Positions 53,188-63,482 are shown, counted from the stretch's first letter. The stretch is 64,000 bases of DNA from Bacteroidota bacterium (GCA_030706145.1 JAUZPB010000010.1:6538-70537), one strand, 5' to 3'. Made by a program: numbers and translations. The notes: generated by a model not told the origin, from the letters alone.

Positions 53188-54473
53188 TTATTAATCCTTA
53201 TTGAAACTGCATTTTTGTGTGCAAACAAGGACTCTGCTTCAGCCAGAGTTTCAACTGTAGAAGCAATATTTATAAGTCCCTGCTTTGTAAGGCACTGAAA
53301 AGTAATTGATCTCATAAAACTTTCAACTGTTACTCCGCCAAAAGATCTTGCATATCCATAAGTAGGAAGTGAGTGGTTAGTGCCTGAGGCATAATCTCCT
53401 ACGCTTTCTGGTGAAAACTGGCCAAGAAAAACCGAACCGGCATTTATCACATTATCTTTGTATGATTCAGCCCCTTCAAGGTGAAGTATCAGATGTTCTG
53501 GAGCGTAATCATTACTAAAATCAAAAGCTTCAGATAAGTTGCCAGCTATAAGAGCAAAGGAAGACTCAAGAGCTTTTTTTGCCATGTCTTTTCTTGGGAG
53601 CTTTGAAATCTGGATTTCAAGCTCGGAGGAAACTAAGTCAACCAGATGTTTTGAAGTCGAAAGCAAAACTACCTGGGAATCACCCCCGTGTTCAGCCTGC
53701 GAAAGAAGATCGGCTGCAACAAAAGAAGGGTCAGATTTTTCATCTGCAATAACTAATACCTCACTTGGACCTGCAGGCATATCAATAGCGCACCCTGAAA
53801 GATCTATACTAACAAGGAGTTTTGCAGCTGTAACGAACTGATTTCCAGGGCCAAAGATCTTACTTACTTTTTTGATCTCTTTGTCGCCATATGCCATAAG
53901 AGCAACGGCCTGTGCGCCGCCAAGCTTATAAAATTCATCAACTCCAATGAACGATGCGGCATAAAGCAAAGCATCGTTTATCTTGCCATCTTCTTTTGCA
54001 GGAGAACAAACAACAATTCTTTTACAGCCAGCAATTTTAGCAGGAATAGAAAGCATAAGCATTGTAGATGGAAGAACAGCGCTCCCTCCTGGCACGTATA
54101 GTCCAACAGATTCAATTGCTCTGAATTCCCTTAAGCATTTAACACCTTCAGTAGTTTCAATTTCATAACCAGAAGACTTCTGCAGTTTGTGAAATTCCTC
54201 TATATTCTTTGCTGCAAGCTGAATTGCTTTTTTTACATTTGGGTCGAGATTTTTTTCAGCTTCCTGAAACTCCTCCTTTGAAACAGCTATGGCGCCGCCA
54301 GAAAAATTATCAAACTTCTTTGCATATGTCAGCGCCGCACTTAATCCATTTTTCTTAACATCCTCCAGAATTGGCCTTACGATCTCAAAAGTATTTTCAA
54401 TTTTTATTGCAGGGCGCAAAAGGAGTATATCACGTTCGGCACTGTTTAGATCTTTTAGGTTAAATATTTTCAT
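53184..54473 (-). CDS. hisD: Histidinol dehydrogenase
   Basis: YVPGG, GPGN, DMPAGPSE, SQAEH, APEH, GDYASGTNH. Confidence 0.97.
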   Translation of the reverse strand: MKIFNLKDLNSAERDILLLRPAIKIENTFEIVRPILEDVKKNGLSAALTYAKKFDNFSGGAIAVSKEEFQEAEKNLDPNVKKAIQLAAKNIEEFHKLQKSSGYEIETTEGVKCLREFRAIESVGLYVPGGSAVLPSTMLMLSIPAKIAGCKRIVVCSPAKEDGKINDALLYAASFIGVDEFYKLGGAQAVALMAYGDKEIKKVSKIFGPGNQFVTAAKLLVSIDLSGCAIDMPAGPSEVLVIADEKSDPSFVAADLLSQAEHGGDSQVVLLSTSKHLVDLVSSELEIQISKLPRKDMAKKALESSFALIAGNLSEAFDFSNDYAPEHLILHLEGAESYKDNVINAGSVFLGQFSPESVGDYASGTNHSLPTYGYARSFGGVTVESFMRSITFQCLTKQGLINIASTVETLAEAESLFAHKNAVSIRINK

Positions 54474-54494
54474 AGTGTTATGTTCTTTTTCAAG

Positions 54495-55364
54495 TTAAAT
54501 AATCATATTTTCAATAGGAAGCAGAAGAATGCCTGAGGCGCCAAAGGCTTTCAAATCGTTCATAATTGACCATACCTTATCTGCTGGAATAACAGCATGG
54601 ACTGCAAGGGAATTTTCATCGGCAAGATGAAGCACTGTAGGGCTTTTCAGTGAAGGTATAACCTTTGTGACCTTTTCAAGAGAATCCTTAGGAATATTCA
54701 TCATAAGGTACTTTGATTTTTTTGCAGACATAACCGATCGTATTCTACCAATAAGGTCAAGGAGAATATTATATTTCTCTGTATTTAAGTTAAGGTCATT
54801 ATTAGCAATAAGTATAGCTTCAGAATCAAATACGTTAAAGGATTTGCTAAGTTTATTCATCATCAGTGTAGTGCCAGTTGAAACAATATCACAGATAAGG
54901 TCAGCAACACCCAAAGAAGGTGCAATTTCAACAGATCCGCTGATTTGAATTATTTTTGCCTGAAGTTTATTAGCCTGAAGATAGGTCTTTAGAATATTTG
55001 GATATGAAGTTGCAATTGTCTTACCATTAATATCTTCGATCTTTTGAGGCAGGCAATTAGCAGGAGCTGCTATCATAAGGCGGCACCTTCCAAAGCCCAA
55101 TTTCTCACATACATTAATATTTGCCTGCTTTTCATAAACCACATCTTCACCTACAATACCAATGTCAGCAACTCCATCTTGAACATATTCAGGTATGTCA
55201 TCGTCCCTCAGGAAAAGAAGATCCAGTTTGAAGTTTCTTGCCGAAACAATAAGTCTTTCGGAATAAAAGTCAAGGTCCAATCCACAAAGTCTCAACAGTT
55301 CGATTGATTTTTCAGAGAGACGTCCTTTTTTCTGTATAGCCAGTTTCAGATTTCCATTTTCCAT
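54495..55364 (-). CDS. hisG: ATP phosphoribosyltransferase, long form
   Basis: IQKKGRL, RDDDIP, GSVE, DIVSTGTTL, C-terminal regulatory domain. Confidence 0.97.
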   Translation of the reverse strand: MENGNLKLAIQKKGRLSEKSIELLRLCGLDLDFYSERLIVSARNFKLDLLFLRDDDIPEYVQDGVADIGIVGEDVVYEKQANINVCEKLGFGRCRLMIAAPANCLPQKIEDINGKTIATSYPNILKTYLQANKLQAKIIQISGSVEIAPSLGVADLICDIVSTGTTLMMNKLSKSFNVFDSEAILIANNDLNLNTEKYNILLDLIGRIRSVMSAKKSKYLMMNIPKDSLEKVTKVIPSLKSPTVLHLADENSLAVHAVIPADKVWSIMNDLKAFGASGILLLPIENMII

Positions 55365-55391
55365 TTTGCTTTCCTATTGTGAGTTACACTT

Positions 55392-55425
55392 AAAAATAAA
55401 AAACCCCGGCAAGTGTGTCGGGGTT
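55392..55425 (-). terminator. Attenuator terminator upstream of hisG
   Basis: Minus strand AACCCCGAC-ACACTT-GCCGGGGTT then TTTTATTTTT. Confidence 0.85.
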
Positions 55426-55455
55426 CTTTATTGTTTTATAAACTTTTATAATAAT

Positions 55456-55566
55456 TTAATATAATCCGACACTGCAGTACCAGTAAAAGTGATGATGGTT
55501 ATGATGGTGCCAAGCTGTTTTTGGGCAGTCATTTAAGCGGGTTATATTTATATTTTCGCATTTCAT
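55456..55566 (-). CDS. hisL: his operon leader peptide, 36 aa
   Basis: Manual translation MKCENINITRLNDCPKTAWHHHNHHHFYWYCSVGLY*; below the ORF track cutoff; just upstream of the attenuator hairpin. Confidence 0.85.
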   Translation of the reverse strand: MKCENINITRLNDCPKTAWHHHNHHHFYWYCSVGLY

Positions 55567-55577
55567 ATTATTGAGTA

Positions 55578-55608
55578 CAAAATTAAATAAAAAATCCAAA
55601 TGATCAAA
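55578..55608 (-). promoter_or_regulatory. Bacteroidota-type -33/-7 promoter of the his leader
   Basis: Minus strand TTTG-N19-TAATTTTG ending 11 nt before the leader ATG. Confidence 0.6.
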
Positions 55609-55877
55609 GTAATTTAGAAATTCACTTCGTATAATTATTTAATATAGTGAAATTTATTCCAATTTGTGAGATGCAAAAATAATTCTTACAGGATTAGACA
55701 CTTTTTAGTAAGGCATTTTATTCGGGGAGGAGTCTAAAGCAAGCTCATTATATCTATTTAGCATATCAAATTTAAGGGCAATTGCATAATTAAATATAGT
55801 TGGGTATGTTATTATTATCTCCAGAGAAATAACAATCAAATACTGATCAATGGTTAAAAAATGAGGGATATTGGACA

Positions 55878-56156
55878 ATGGTTTGGCTTTTATTCTTACT
55901 TGCATTTTTGATCCCCAGAATATCGATCATTCTTTTATGGTTTTTTAGCTCATGGTTTCAAGGAATGTTTCATACTCTGCTCTGGCCAATTTTAGGCTTT
56001 ATATTTCTTCCTGCCACTCTTCTTTGGTATAGTATAGTATATAACTATTTTGATAACTCATGGACCTTGATACCTGTTATTGGGTTGATAATAGCCTTAA
56101 TCGTTGACATTTCTCCTGGAGGTGGAAGAAGGTATTATAGAAGAAGGAATTATTAA
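55878..56156 (+). CDS. Small hypothetical membrane protein
   Basis: Three hydrophobic segments (WPILGFIFLP.T.L.Y), Arg-rich tail, GAGG upstream. Confidence 0.8.
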   Translation: MVWLLFLLAFLIPRISIILLWFFSSWFQGMFHTLLWPILGFIFLPATLLWYSIVYNYFDNSWTLIPVIGLIIALIVDISPGGGRRYYRRRNY

Positions 56157-56695
56157 ACAATAAGTCCAAAGTCCAGTTGGCCAAGGCTACCTTCAAGGTT
56201 TAAGAGGAATTGTTTTCGCCATAAACCTCCTCCATATCCTACTAATTTTCCATTTTCACCAATAACGCGATGACAAGGAATGATAATGGGGATCTTGTTT
56301 TTCCCATTTGCCCCTCCAACTGCACGAATAGCCTTTGTATCGCCAAGCCGCCTTGAAAGCTCCAGATATGAAATTGTCTCTCCAAAAGAGATATTTTGGA
56401 GTTCATTCCACACTTTCTTCTGGAAAGCAGTGCCTTCTGGAGCAAGCCTAAGAGAAAATGTTTTTCTCTGTCCTGCAAAATACTCTTTAAGCTGTTTAAG
56501 AGATTCCCTAAGGCAAGAGACAATTTCCTCACTATATTCAGTTAAACTGGGTCTTAAGTCAGAAACAGACAATGTATCTTCTGATATTGAAGAATTAGTC
56601 TCAAGAAAAAGAAGAGACTTAAGGCCCTCATAAGAGGCAGTAAGTTCAATTTTTCCTATAGGAGAATCATACAATGTCTTTAATATTTCATTCAT
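56153..56695 (-). CDS. ogt: Methylated-DNA--protein-cysteine S-methyltransferase
   Basis: GTAFQKKVW, RAVGGANGKN, PCHRV, GYGGG. Confidence 0.95.
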   Translation of the reverse strand: MNEILKTLYDSPIGKIELTASYEGLKSLLFLETNSSISEDTLSVSDLRPSLTEYSEEIVSCLRESLKQLKEYFAGQRKTFSLRLAPEGTAFQKKVWNELQNISFGETISYLELSRRLGDTKAIRAVGGANGKNKIPIIIPCHRVIGENGKLVGYGGGLWRKQFLLNLEGSLGQLDFGLIV

Positions 56696-56731
56696 ATTGC
56701 TTTTCCAAAATAGTAAGATCCTCTGTTATAG

Positions 56732-56756
56732 TAAAGCGGAAGAGACTTCCGCTTTA
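56732..56756 (-). terminator. Hairpin terminator after serA
   Basis: TAAAGCGGAAG-AGA-CTTCCGCTTTA, 11-bp stem. Confidence 0.8.
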
Positions 56757-56801
56757 TAAATATAGAATAATTGGACTTATTAGGTCAGTAAAAAATGCAA
56801 G

Positions 56802-58001
56802 TTAAAAAGAGAGAATTCTGACCTTAATTGTCCGGTTGACATTCAGCAGGTCATGGAACAGTGAATCATTATATTTTTTATCAACATCTGCAATAACATA
56901 GCCAATATTTTCATTTGTACGAAGATACTGTGATTCGACGTTAACTGAGTTATGTGCAAAAATTGCATTAATTTGTGACAAAACACCTGGCACGTTTTCG
57001 TGAACATGCAGCAGGCGATGAGAATCCTTTATCGATGGAAGCTGAATCTTCGGGAAATTGACACTTGTAAAAGTACTGCCATGAAAGACATACTCAAGTA
57101 GTTTATTTGAAACAAATTCGCCAATATTCTGCTGAGCTTCTTCCGTGCTACCACCAATATGTGGAGTAAGCAGTACATTTGGTAAATGCTGAAGAGGTGA
57201 ATAGAATCTTTCATCCGGATCTTTTGGTTCTTCAGGAAAAACGTCTAAAGAAGCGCCAGCAACTTTACCTGAAATAATGTTTTTATAAAGAGATTCGACA
57301 TCAACAACAAATCCGCGGCTAAGGTTCAGAAGAATAACTCCTTCTTTCATTAGTTCAAATTCACGTTCACCTATTAAGTTATTATTAGCCGGGCTGCCAT
57401 CAACATGAACAGTAAGAATATCAACTGTTCTTAGAAGGTCATCAAGAAATGGGACTCTTTTAGCATTTCCAATTGTAAGTTTATCAACGATATCATAATA
57501 ATAGACTTCCATACCCATAGCTTCAGCAAGCATTGAAACCTGAGAGCCAATGTTGCCATAGCCAATAATACCAAGTTTTTTCCCTCTTACCTCATGAGCA
57601 TTCTCGGCTGTTTTGTCCCAAATGCCCATGTGAGCTTTATTTATTTTGTCATAAAGACGACGAATCAGAAAAATTATCTCTGCAATAACAATTTCAGCAA
57701 CACTACGAGTATTACTATAAGGAGCATTAAAGACCGGGACTCCTTTTAATGAGGCAGCTTTTAAGTCAACCTGATTAGTACCAATACAATATGTGCCTAA
57801 GGCGAGTAAGTCCTTTGCGGACTTTAAAACTTTAGAAGTAATTTGAGTTCTGGAACGAATACCTAGTAATGAAACTCCCGGCAGAGCTTCAATTAATTCA
57901 TCTTCTCCCAGTCCTCCAGCATGAGTCTCAACCTGAACACCTTTTCTTTCCAGGATTTCAATAGCACATGGATGAATATTCTCAAGCAATAACGCTTTCA
58001 T
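56802..58001 (-). CDS. serA: D-3-phosphoglycerate dehydrogenase with ACT domain
   Basis: GIRSRT, CIGTNQVD, NAPYSNTRSVAE, GYGNIG, TPHIGGST, HENVPG; start likely ATG 58001. Confidence 0.95.
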   Translation of the reverse strand: MKALLLENIHPCAIEILERKGVQVETHAGGLGEDELIEALPGVSLLGIRSRTQITSKVLKSAKDLLALGTYCIGTNQVDLKAASLKGVPVFNAPYSNTRSVAEIVIAEIIFLIRRLYDKINKAHMGIWDKTAENAHEVRGKKLGIIGYGNIGSQVSMLAEAMGMEVYYYDIVDKLTIGNAKRVPFLDDLLRTVDILTVHVDGSPANNNLIGEREFELMKEGVILLNLSRGFVVDVESLYKNIISGKVAGASLDVFPEEPKDPDERFYSPLQHLPNVLLTPHIGGSTEEAQQNIGEFVSNKLLEYVFHGSTFTSVNFPKIQLPSIKDSHRLLHVHENVPGVLSQINAIFAHNSVNVESQYLRTNENIGYVIADVDKKYNDSLFHDLLNVNRTIKVRILSF

Positions 58002-58127
58002 TTTACCCAATATTTGTTTATAAATGCACATGCAATTTAATACATCGGAAGAACCTCTTCAAAGGATTAATGAAAAATTATTTGTTTATAACAGCTATTA
58101 TATTGCAAGTTTATTCCATTAAAATTC

Positions 58128-58165
58128 AAAGAGAGCCATTTCCACTATATAGAAAGGCTCTCTTT
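58128..58165 (-). terminator. Hairpin after the AsmA gene
   Basis: AAAGAGAGCC...GGCTCTCTTT 10-bp outer stem. Confidence 0.65.
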
Positions 58166-58179
58166 AGAGAATCGAAAGT

Positions 58180-60735
58180 TTAGAATTTTTTCTTAAAGAT
58201 ATCTTTTAGCTTATTTTCTGCTTCTTTTTTTAGCTTATTTTTGAGTGTATCGGTTTGCTGCTGTACCTTATTTTGCACCTGTTCTTTTTGCTTCTGAAGC
58301 TGCTGGTTTATCTGCTGTTTGGCCTGATCGGTAACACTTTTTGTTGTTTGACTAACAATATCCGAAACACTTGTCGTAACAACCGGGTCATTTACTTTTC
58401 CTTTGATGAAAGCCTTTACGTTGACTTTATCTGTAGAGACAAGATTTACATTTCTTTTTAGAAGATTGTTAATAGCCTTATTTGCCTGTGACTGCATGCC
58501 TGCTGCAGGAATCTGCAGGTTCATCGTATAGTCCATCGAGCGGTCGATGCCGCTTGAACCGCCAAGCGTAATATCATAATTAAAAACTTTATAATTAAAC
58601 GGATTCACATATAAGCGCCCATTAGTAATCTTAAAAGAAGGTGTAACATTCTTTAGTACCGGATTTTTTAGTTCATTTATCTTTAATGTATTTCCTATGA
58701 CTTCAAAAGGCTTAAAGTTACTAACCTGTGCATTTGCAAGGTTAAGTGTCCCCTGCCCGTTAAAGCTATTCCAGATAGGCATCATCTGCTTATCGAGTGG
58801 ACTACTCATATTTATTTTTGCATCAAAATTCCCCTTAATATACTCTGCCATAGGCGCAAATCTCTTTACAGTAATAAAACTTTCATAGGTCTTACTGATA
58901 TCGAAATTACTGATTGTAAGATTAAATGATATCTGGGGATTTGATTTATCAGGCGCAAAATAGTAGCCACTAGCTACAAGTGAACCTCCGAGCAGGTTCA
59001 TGCTTAAAGGGTTCATAGTTAGTTTTTTATCCCTTAATGTAACTACTCCATGAACATTTTGAAGCGTAAGGTTCTGATAAACTACCTTGTTAAAATTTGA
59101 ATTCATCGTAAAGTCAATTCTATCTGGCAATTCAACAGCTTTAGTTTGATTTGGATTTTGCTGAGTTTTTGTCTCCTGTTTTGTTGTGCCAATTAAGCTG
59201 TTGACATCAAGAAAATTTGAACTTAATGAAAGATTACCATTAAGAACTCCCTTATTAAGAACGTAGCCTAAGAGGTTATTCAAGCTTCCAGAAGCGCTTA
59301 AATCACTTTGCCCGATAGTCATATTAAAATTGCGCAAATTAAAGTTCTGTGGATTTAAGACAAGAAGTGCCTGACTTATTCTAAGTTCCTGAGAGAGTTT
59401 CTTCCCTGCATATATGAAATTGTAAATAGAGACAGTACCAGAGGCATTAATATTAGAAAATTTCTTTGCTTTGATGTCACCGAGCGTACCTTTAGCCTGA
59501 AAATCTGCTTGGATCAGACCTTCTAGTTTTGTGACATCCTGCAGAGGTAAAACACTTTTTACCTGAGCAAGGTTAATTCTACCTTTCATTTGAGTATCTA
59601 TATAAGGATTTGATTTTGGTGTTTTCAGCAAGAGCCTTGCATCAAAAGGTTCACTTCCAATCAAAAAATGGAGCTGTTTTATATCGCTTATAGTTGCATC
59701 AGGAGATCCTCCGGGGTTATTTACAACCATATCAACGTTTACATCTTTTACCGGAGTGGGAAGTTTTGGATATTGGAAAAACCCATTTACCACTGTTAAT
59801 TTTACATTAAAAGAAGGAAACATCTTCTTGTTGTAGATTCCCTTTGCATTTCCCTTAAGAATCATTTTGCCTGATGATTTCAGACTACCAAAATCCTTTG
59901 AGTAAGCAGATGGTATAAGTGAAACTACGTCCTTAAAATCTGTTCTAGGAGATTCAAATGTCAGATCCATGGAAATATTGCTATCTGGTTTAGCAACATA
60001 GCCATCAAACTTAAGTATCAGATTATTTATTCTGAACTCATTTTTTTCGAATGTAAATTTTTTCTGTGAAAGATTTGCATCCAAATCCATATTTAATTCC
60101 AGGTTAGCATCACTAAGATATGTAATACCCATTGATTCATAATTTAATGAACTAATAGTAGTATTTGTATTTAAGTCAAATCTATTTTTAGAAAAGTCAC
60201 CGCTGCCCTTGTGATTTAACCCTACTATTTTAATGAGTGCATCACTTGTTTCATCATTATATGTGATAATTGCATCCTCAATAGAATATTTTTTAAGAGC
60301 AATATTCATTTCTTTTGAAGTATCAGATTTAGTCTCAGTTTCTTTTGTAATATTATAGTTTGCAGAGCTATCCTTGAGGACATGGACATAGATTTTTGGA
60401 TTAACCAGGCGAACTGACTCTATCTTTATTTGTTTACCTTTAATAACACTCCAAATATCGACTGTAGCCTGGAAAGAAGATGCATTAAGTAAAGTATCCC
60501 CCTTAAAAGGTTCCTTGTTAATAATGCATAAGTTATCAACGCTCAGAGTCAGATCCGGAAAGCTTTGAAAGACATTTAAGCCGACCGACCCAAAATTCAA
60601 TACAGCATTAAGAGACTTGTTTGCTTCTTTTTTGACAATTTGTGCCACCTGATCTTTAAAGAGCATTGGAATGAAAAGCATGAGCATCAAAATAACAATC
60701 AGAACAATGCTAACAATTGTAGTTACCTTTTTCAT
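58180..60735 (-). CDS. AsmA-family protein
   Basis: Single N-terminal TM anchor, long beta-rich periplasmic body, Q/K-rich C-terminal coil. Confidence 0.85.
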   Translation of the reverse strand: MKKVTTIVSIVLIVILMLMLFIPMLFKDQVAQIVKKEANKSLNAVLNFGSVGLNVFQSFPDLTLSVDNLCIINKEPFKGDTLLNASSFQATVDIWSVIKGKQIKIESVRLVNPKIYVHVLKDSSANYNITKETETKSDTSKEMNIALKKYSIEDAIITYNDETSDALIKIVGLNHKGSGDFSKNRFDLNTNTTISSLNYESMGITYLSDANLELNMDLDANLSQKKFTFEKNEFRINNLILKFDGYVAKPDSNISMDLTFESPRTDFKDVVSLIPSAYSKDFGSLKSSGKMILKGNAKGIYNKKMFPSFNVKLTVVNGFFQYPKLPTPVKDVNVDMVVNNPGGSPDATISDIKQLHFLIGSEPFDARLLLKTPKSNPYIDTQMKGRINLAQVKSVLPLQDVTKLEGLIQADFQAKGTLGDIKAKKFSNINASGTVSIYNFIYAGKKLSQELRISQALLVLNPQNFNLRNFNMTIGQSDLSASGSLNNLLGYVLNKGVLNGNLSLSSNFLDVNSLIGTTKQETKTQQNPNQTKAVELPDRIDFTMNSNFNKVVYQNLTLQNVHGVVTLRDKKLTMNPLSMNLLGGSLVASGYYFAPDKSNPQISFNLTISNFDISKTYESFITVKRFAPMAEYIKGNFDAKINMSSPLDKQMMPIWNSFNGQGTLNLANAQVSNFKPFEVIGNTLKINELKNPVLKNVTPSFKITNGRLYVNPFNYKVFNYDITLGGSSGIDRSMDYTMNLQIPAAGMQSQANKAINNLLKRNVNLVSTDKVNVKAFIKGKVNDPVVTTSVSDIVSQTTKSVTDQAKQQINQQLQKQKEQVQNKVQQQTDTLKNKLKKEAENKLKDIFKKKF

Positions 60736-60967
60736 GATATTTGCCAGATTGTTTAAGATGTATATGTTTAATTTTTAATAATTTAAGAAAAAGAACCCAA
60801 AAGAGTAATTTAATTTTTATTTTTTATTTTGAAAGAATTTCCGCACACTTGTATTTTACAAACTATAAAAGGACTAAAGCTGAGAACTGCAATACCTTTT
60901 TAACCAGGCACTAAAACTATCTAATCCCGGAAATAGTACATGTTCTGTAATATTAGTCTGGTCAAGT

Positions 60968-61381
60968 TTATCTCGAATTTCCCATTTGAGAGGTGAAGGG
61001 ATTATTATCCAAAAAATAAGAATCCGGATGCTCTTCAAGCCATTGGCTTAATATGATAGCAGGATCGAACATAAGAGAAAAGAAAGCAAATTGATTTACA
61101 ATCCGCTCATCAAGCGATGGAGGTTCAAGAAACAGTACAAAATCCCCCTTGCTACTACTTATATTGGCCAGATCCGAGAGTTCCTGACATACTCTTCCCA
61201 GCATCTCACTTATAAAGACATTTGAACCTTCCTCCTCCAAAAGTTTACTTAATTTTAATCGTAATTGACAACAATATAGTTCTTCATTTAAATATTCTTT
61301 CAAGACTTCAACATGTGAATAAAATAATGAATAAGGCGAATAAATAAAACCAAAAGAAATGGTGCCAAACAATAGTTCCAA
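60968..61381 (-). CDS. Hypothetical protein; start uncertain
   Basis: Open frame with a protein-like helical C-terminal ~110 aa; no recognisable motif. Confidence 0.4.
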   Translation of the reverse strand: MELLFGTISFGFIYSPYSLFYSHVEVLKEYLNEELYCCQLRLKLSKLLEEEGSNVFISEMLGRVCQELSDLANISSSKGDFVLFLEPPSLDERIVNQFAFFSLMFDPAIILSQWLEEHPDSYFLDNNPFTSQMGNSR

Positions 61382-61432
61382 GTATTCAAAAAAAACTGTT
61401 GCTAAAACAAGAAAGTAAGTAAGATCTTTTGC

Positions 61433-62356
61433 CTAGTCATAAGGGAAATAGAGCATTAGCTTTAATTTCAGATAAAAATGGTTTTTAACCAGTGTATTTT
61501 CAAGATCGTTGTGAGTTGTTAATCCTGCAAAAGCATAACCCGGAGAGACTTCTGAAACAAGCTGAATTCCATTTAGATCCGCCATATTGAAACCAAGCCC
61601 TGCATGGAGATCGAAAGCGCTTACCATATCATCTTGAATTGACTCAAGGACAATATAATTTGAATGGTAATCATAATAACCAATTTCGACAGGAGACTTA
61701 TAATTCCAGGCGTAACAGTCTACTCCTATACCAAAAAGAAAATATTGAATTATATCAGGATAGAAAGATGGCCGGAAGCTCTTAAATTCAATATACAGAC
61801 TATAGAGTTTAATATCTTTATTAATGTTAAGGTGCATTATGTCCTTAGAGCTTGTCCAGCCATAGGAACCTGTAAGCTGAATAAAATTGGTTTCGTCTAT
61901 ATATTTCCCTGATCCAATTGAAATATTGGTTAATTGATTGAAGTTAGAATTGTGCATAAATGTTTTATCTGCTCCTAAACTGAACCAGTGAGAATAAAGG
62001 CTCATAGAATATGCTTTTGCACTCCACTTTTTGAAAGCATTTTTGTAGTAAGAGTTTCCGAAATCGAAAGAATCTCTTATTGCATGGCTTTGTTTAAGTG
62101 AAGAGGTAATGTTTTTTGCCTTATTAAATGAAGCATTATTGGCAGATACTTTTAGACTATCAAAGCTTCTTTTCTGGGAGTAGGAAAGCCCAGCATCTAA
62201 ATTAAGGCTATCTGATAAAGGCGAGTTTTCTTTGTTCACAATCTTAGAACTAAAAGCAGTTTGAGCTTGAAGCAGATGTACAAAGGAAAAGAAAATACAA
62301 AGGAGAAAAACGATGAGTTTCAGTTTTTCGCTATAATGTAATATATTGCTTTCCAT
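61433..62356 (-). CDS. Hypothetical exported protein, possible outer-membrane beta-barrel
   Basis: GGAGG before ATG 62356, signal peptide ending LQA, aromatic beta-strand pattern, C-terminal YLKLKLMLYFPYD. Confidence 0.65.
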   Translation of the reverse strand: MESNILHYSEKLKLIVFLLCIFFSFVHLLQAQTAFSSKIVNKENSPLSDSLNLDAGLSYSQKRSFDSLKVSANNASFNKAKNITSSLKQSHAIRDSFDFGNSYYKNAFKKWSAKAYSMSLYSHWFSLGADKTFMHNSNFNQLTNISIGSGKYIDETNFIQLTGSYGWTSSKDIMHLNINKDIKLYSLYIEFKSFRPSFYPDIIQYFLFGIGVDCYAWNYKSPVEIGYYDYHSNYIVLESIQDDMVSAFDLHAGLGFNMADLNGIQLVSEVSPGYAFAGLTTHNDLENTLVKNHFYLKLKLMLYFPYD

Positions 62357-62548
62357 CAAAGATCCTCCCTTTATCAACTTTCTTTTATAATTTCGCTTGT
62401 GGGAAACGAAGAGATCTATTTTTTATAAGCTAGCGGTCAATTATTATGCCTCTATAAAAATGTCATTAACTGTGAATTCAATGATTTTCTCTTTTAGGTA
62501 TGTATAATAAGTGAAACTGTAGTGTATAAAAAAGGATACAAAATTATA

Positions 62549-62589
62549 ATATAGCTGCTCTGGAAAAGGTAGTTCAGAGACAGCTATAT
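62549..62589 (-). terminator. Hairpin after the PHA-system family gene
   Basis: ATATAGCTG-CTCTG...CAGAG-A-CAGCTATAT. Confidence 0.6.
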
Positions 62590-62611
62590 TAAGATCTTGC
62601 AAGAGAGGTGA

Positions 62612-62914
62612 TCAGCTTAAAAGATTTGTTAGTTGGTCTTTTATTGTCTTTTCAATCTTAGACTTAAATGGTATAGCACCCAAAGGCAAATTTCCCTCCA
62701 GGTCCACGCTATCAGGTTTAACTAGTATATCACCATCGACAGCCATTCCCATAGCACTGAAAGAAAAACTTCCTCTATTGCCATTCCACGATTCGTTCAT
62801 ATTATCTACCTGACCGCCGAATTGCTTTTTCAAGTCACCTAAAAGGCTTTTTATTCTGTTTTGTGCTTCACCCGCACCAAGATTATGGGGAACTGAGATA
62901 TTCATTTTGGGCAT
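62612..62914 (-). CDS. Polyhydroxyalkanoic acid system (PHA_gran_rgn) family small protein
   Basis: ISVPHNLG..EA..R, W.G, F..MG..V.G, LP....PFK..IE..I pattern. Confidence 0.75.
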   Translation of the reverse strand: MPKMNISVPHNLGAGEAQNRIKSLLGDLKKQFGGQVDNMNESWNGNRGSFSFSAMGMAVDGDILVKPDSVDLEGNLPLGAIPFKSKIEKTIKDQLTNLLS

Positions 62915-63016
62915 AATATGATTCCTTTGTTAAAAATGTAGAATCCTTTTTTAATTATATGAATCTAACCACTATAGAAATAATAATTATCAAGAAACAA
63001 AAAATAAAGGATAAAC

Positions 63017-63391
63017 ATGTTAGAGTACTTAACAAAACAGACATTTTTAGAGAAAGTATTTGATTATGAGAAAAGCCGTGAATGGAATTTTTCGGGAGAA
63101 TTGCCGGCATTAATTGATTTTTATGCTGATTGGTGTGGTCCATGCCGTATGGTTGCACCGGTTTTAGAACAATTAGCAAAAGAATATGAGGGGAAAATAA
63201 ATATTTATAAGATAGACACAGAAAAAGAGCAGGAATTAGCTGCTATTTTTGGTATAAGGAGTATTCCATCGCTACTTTTCTGCCCCAAGGGGGACAAACC
63301 CCAGATGGCTCAGGGAGCACTGCCCAAAGATGTATTAAAAGATGCAATAGAGAAGGTATTATTGGCTGAAACTCCAATAGAGAAAAGCTAA
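63017..63391 (+). CDS. trxA: Thioredoxin
   Basis: DFYADWCGPC, IRSIP. Confidence 0.93.
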   Translation: MLEYLTKQTFLEKVFDYEKSREWNFSGELPALIDFYADWCGPCRMVAPVLEQLAKEYEGKINIYKIDTEKEQELAAIFGIRSIPSLLFCPKGDKPQMAQGALPKDVLKDAIEKVLLAETPIEKS

Positions 63392-63435
63392 ATCGAGAAA
63401 AACTAACCCAGTGGTAATATAACCTCCCATAAAGG

Positions 63436-63482
63436 CTCTCCCTGCAAAAGAATTTTTACAGGGAGAGTAACTTTCTTTTTTC
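63436..63482 (+). terminator. Terminator after thioredoxin
   Basis: CTCTCCCTGCAAAA...TTTTACAGGGAGAG followed by a T-rich tract. Confidence 0.75.

Noticed and set aside
55567-55877. Riboswitch, ncRNA or dif site in the larger intergenic gaps (also 21360-21577, 43192-43430, 60736-60967)
   Set aside because: No recognisable consensus by eye; an Rfam covariance search would be needed to exclude one
55705-55905. 66-aa ORF upstream of the his operon as leader or regulator
   Set aside because: No His run and it overlaps the divergent gene; the real leader is 55456-55566
62612-62914. Evidence for PHA storage
   Set aside because: The family name reflects gene context in other taxa; no phaABC genes here
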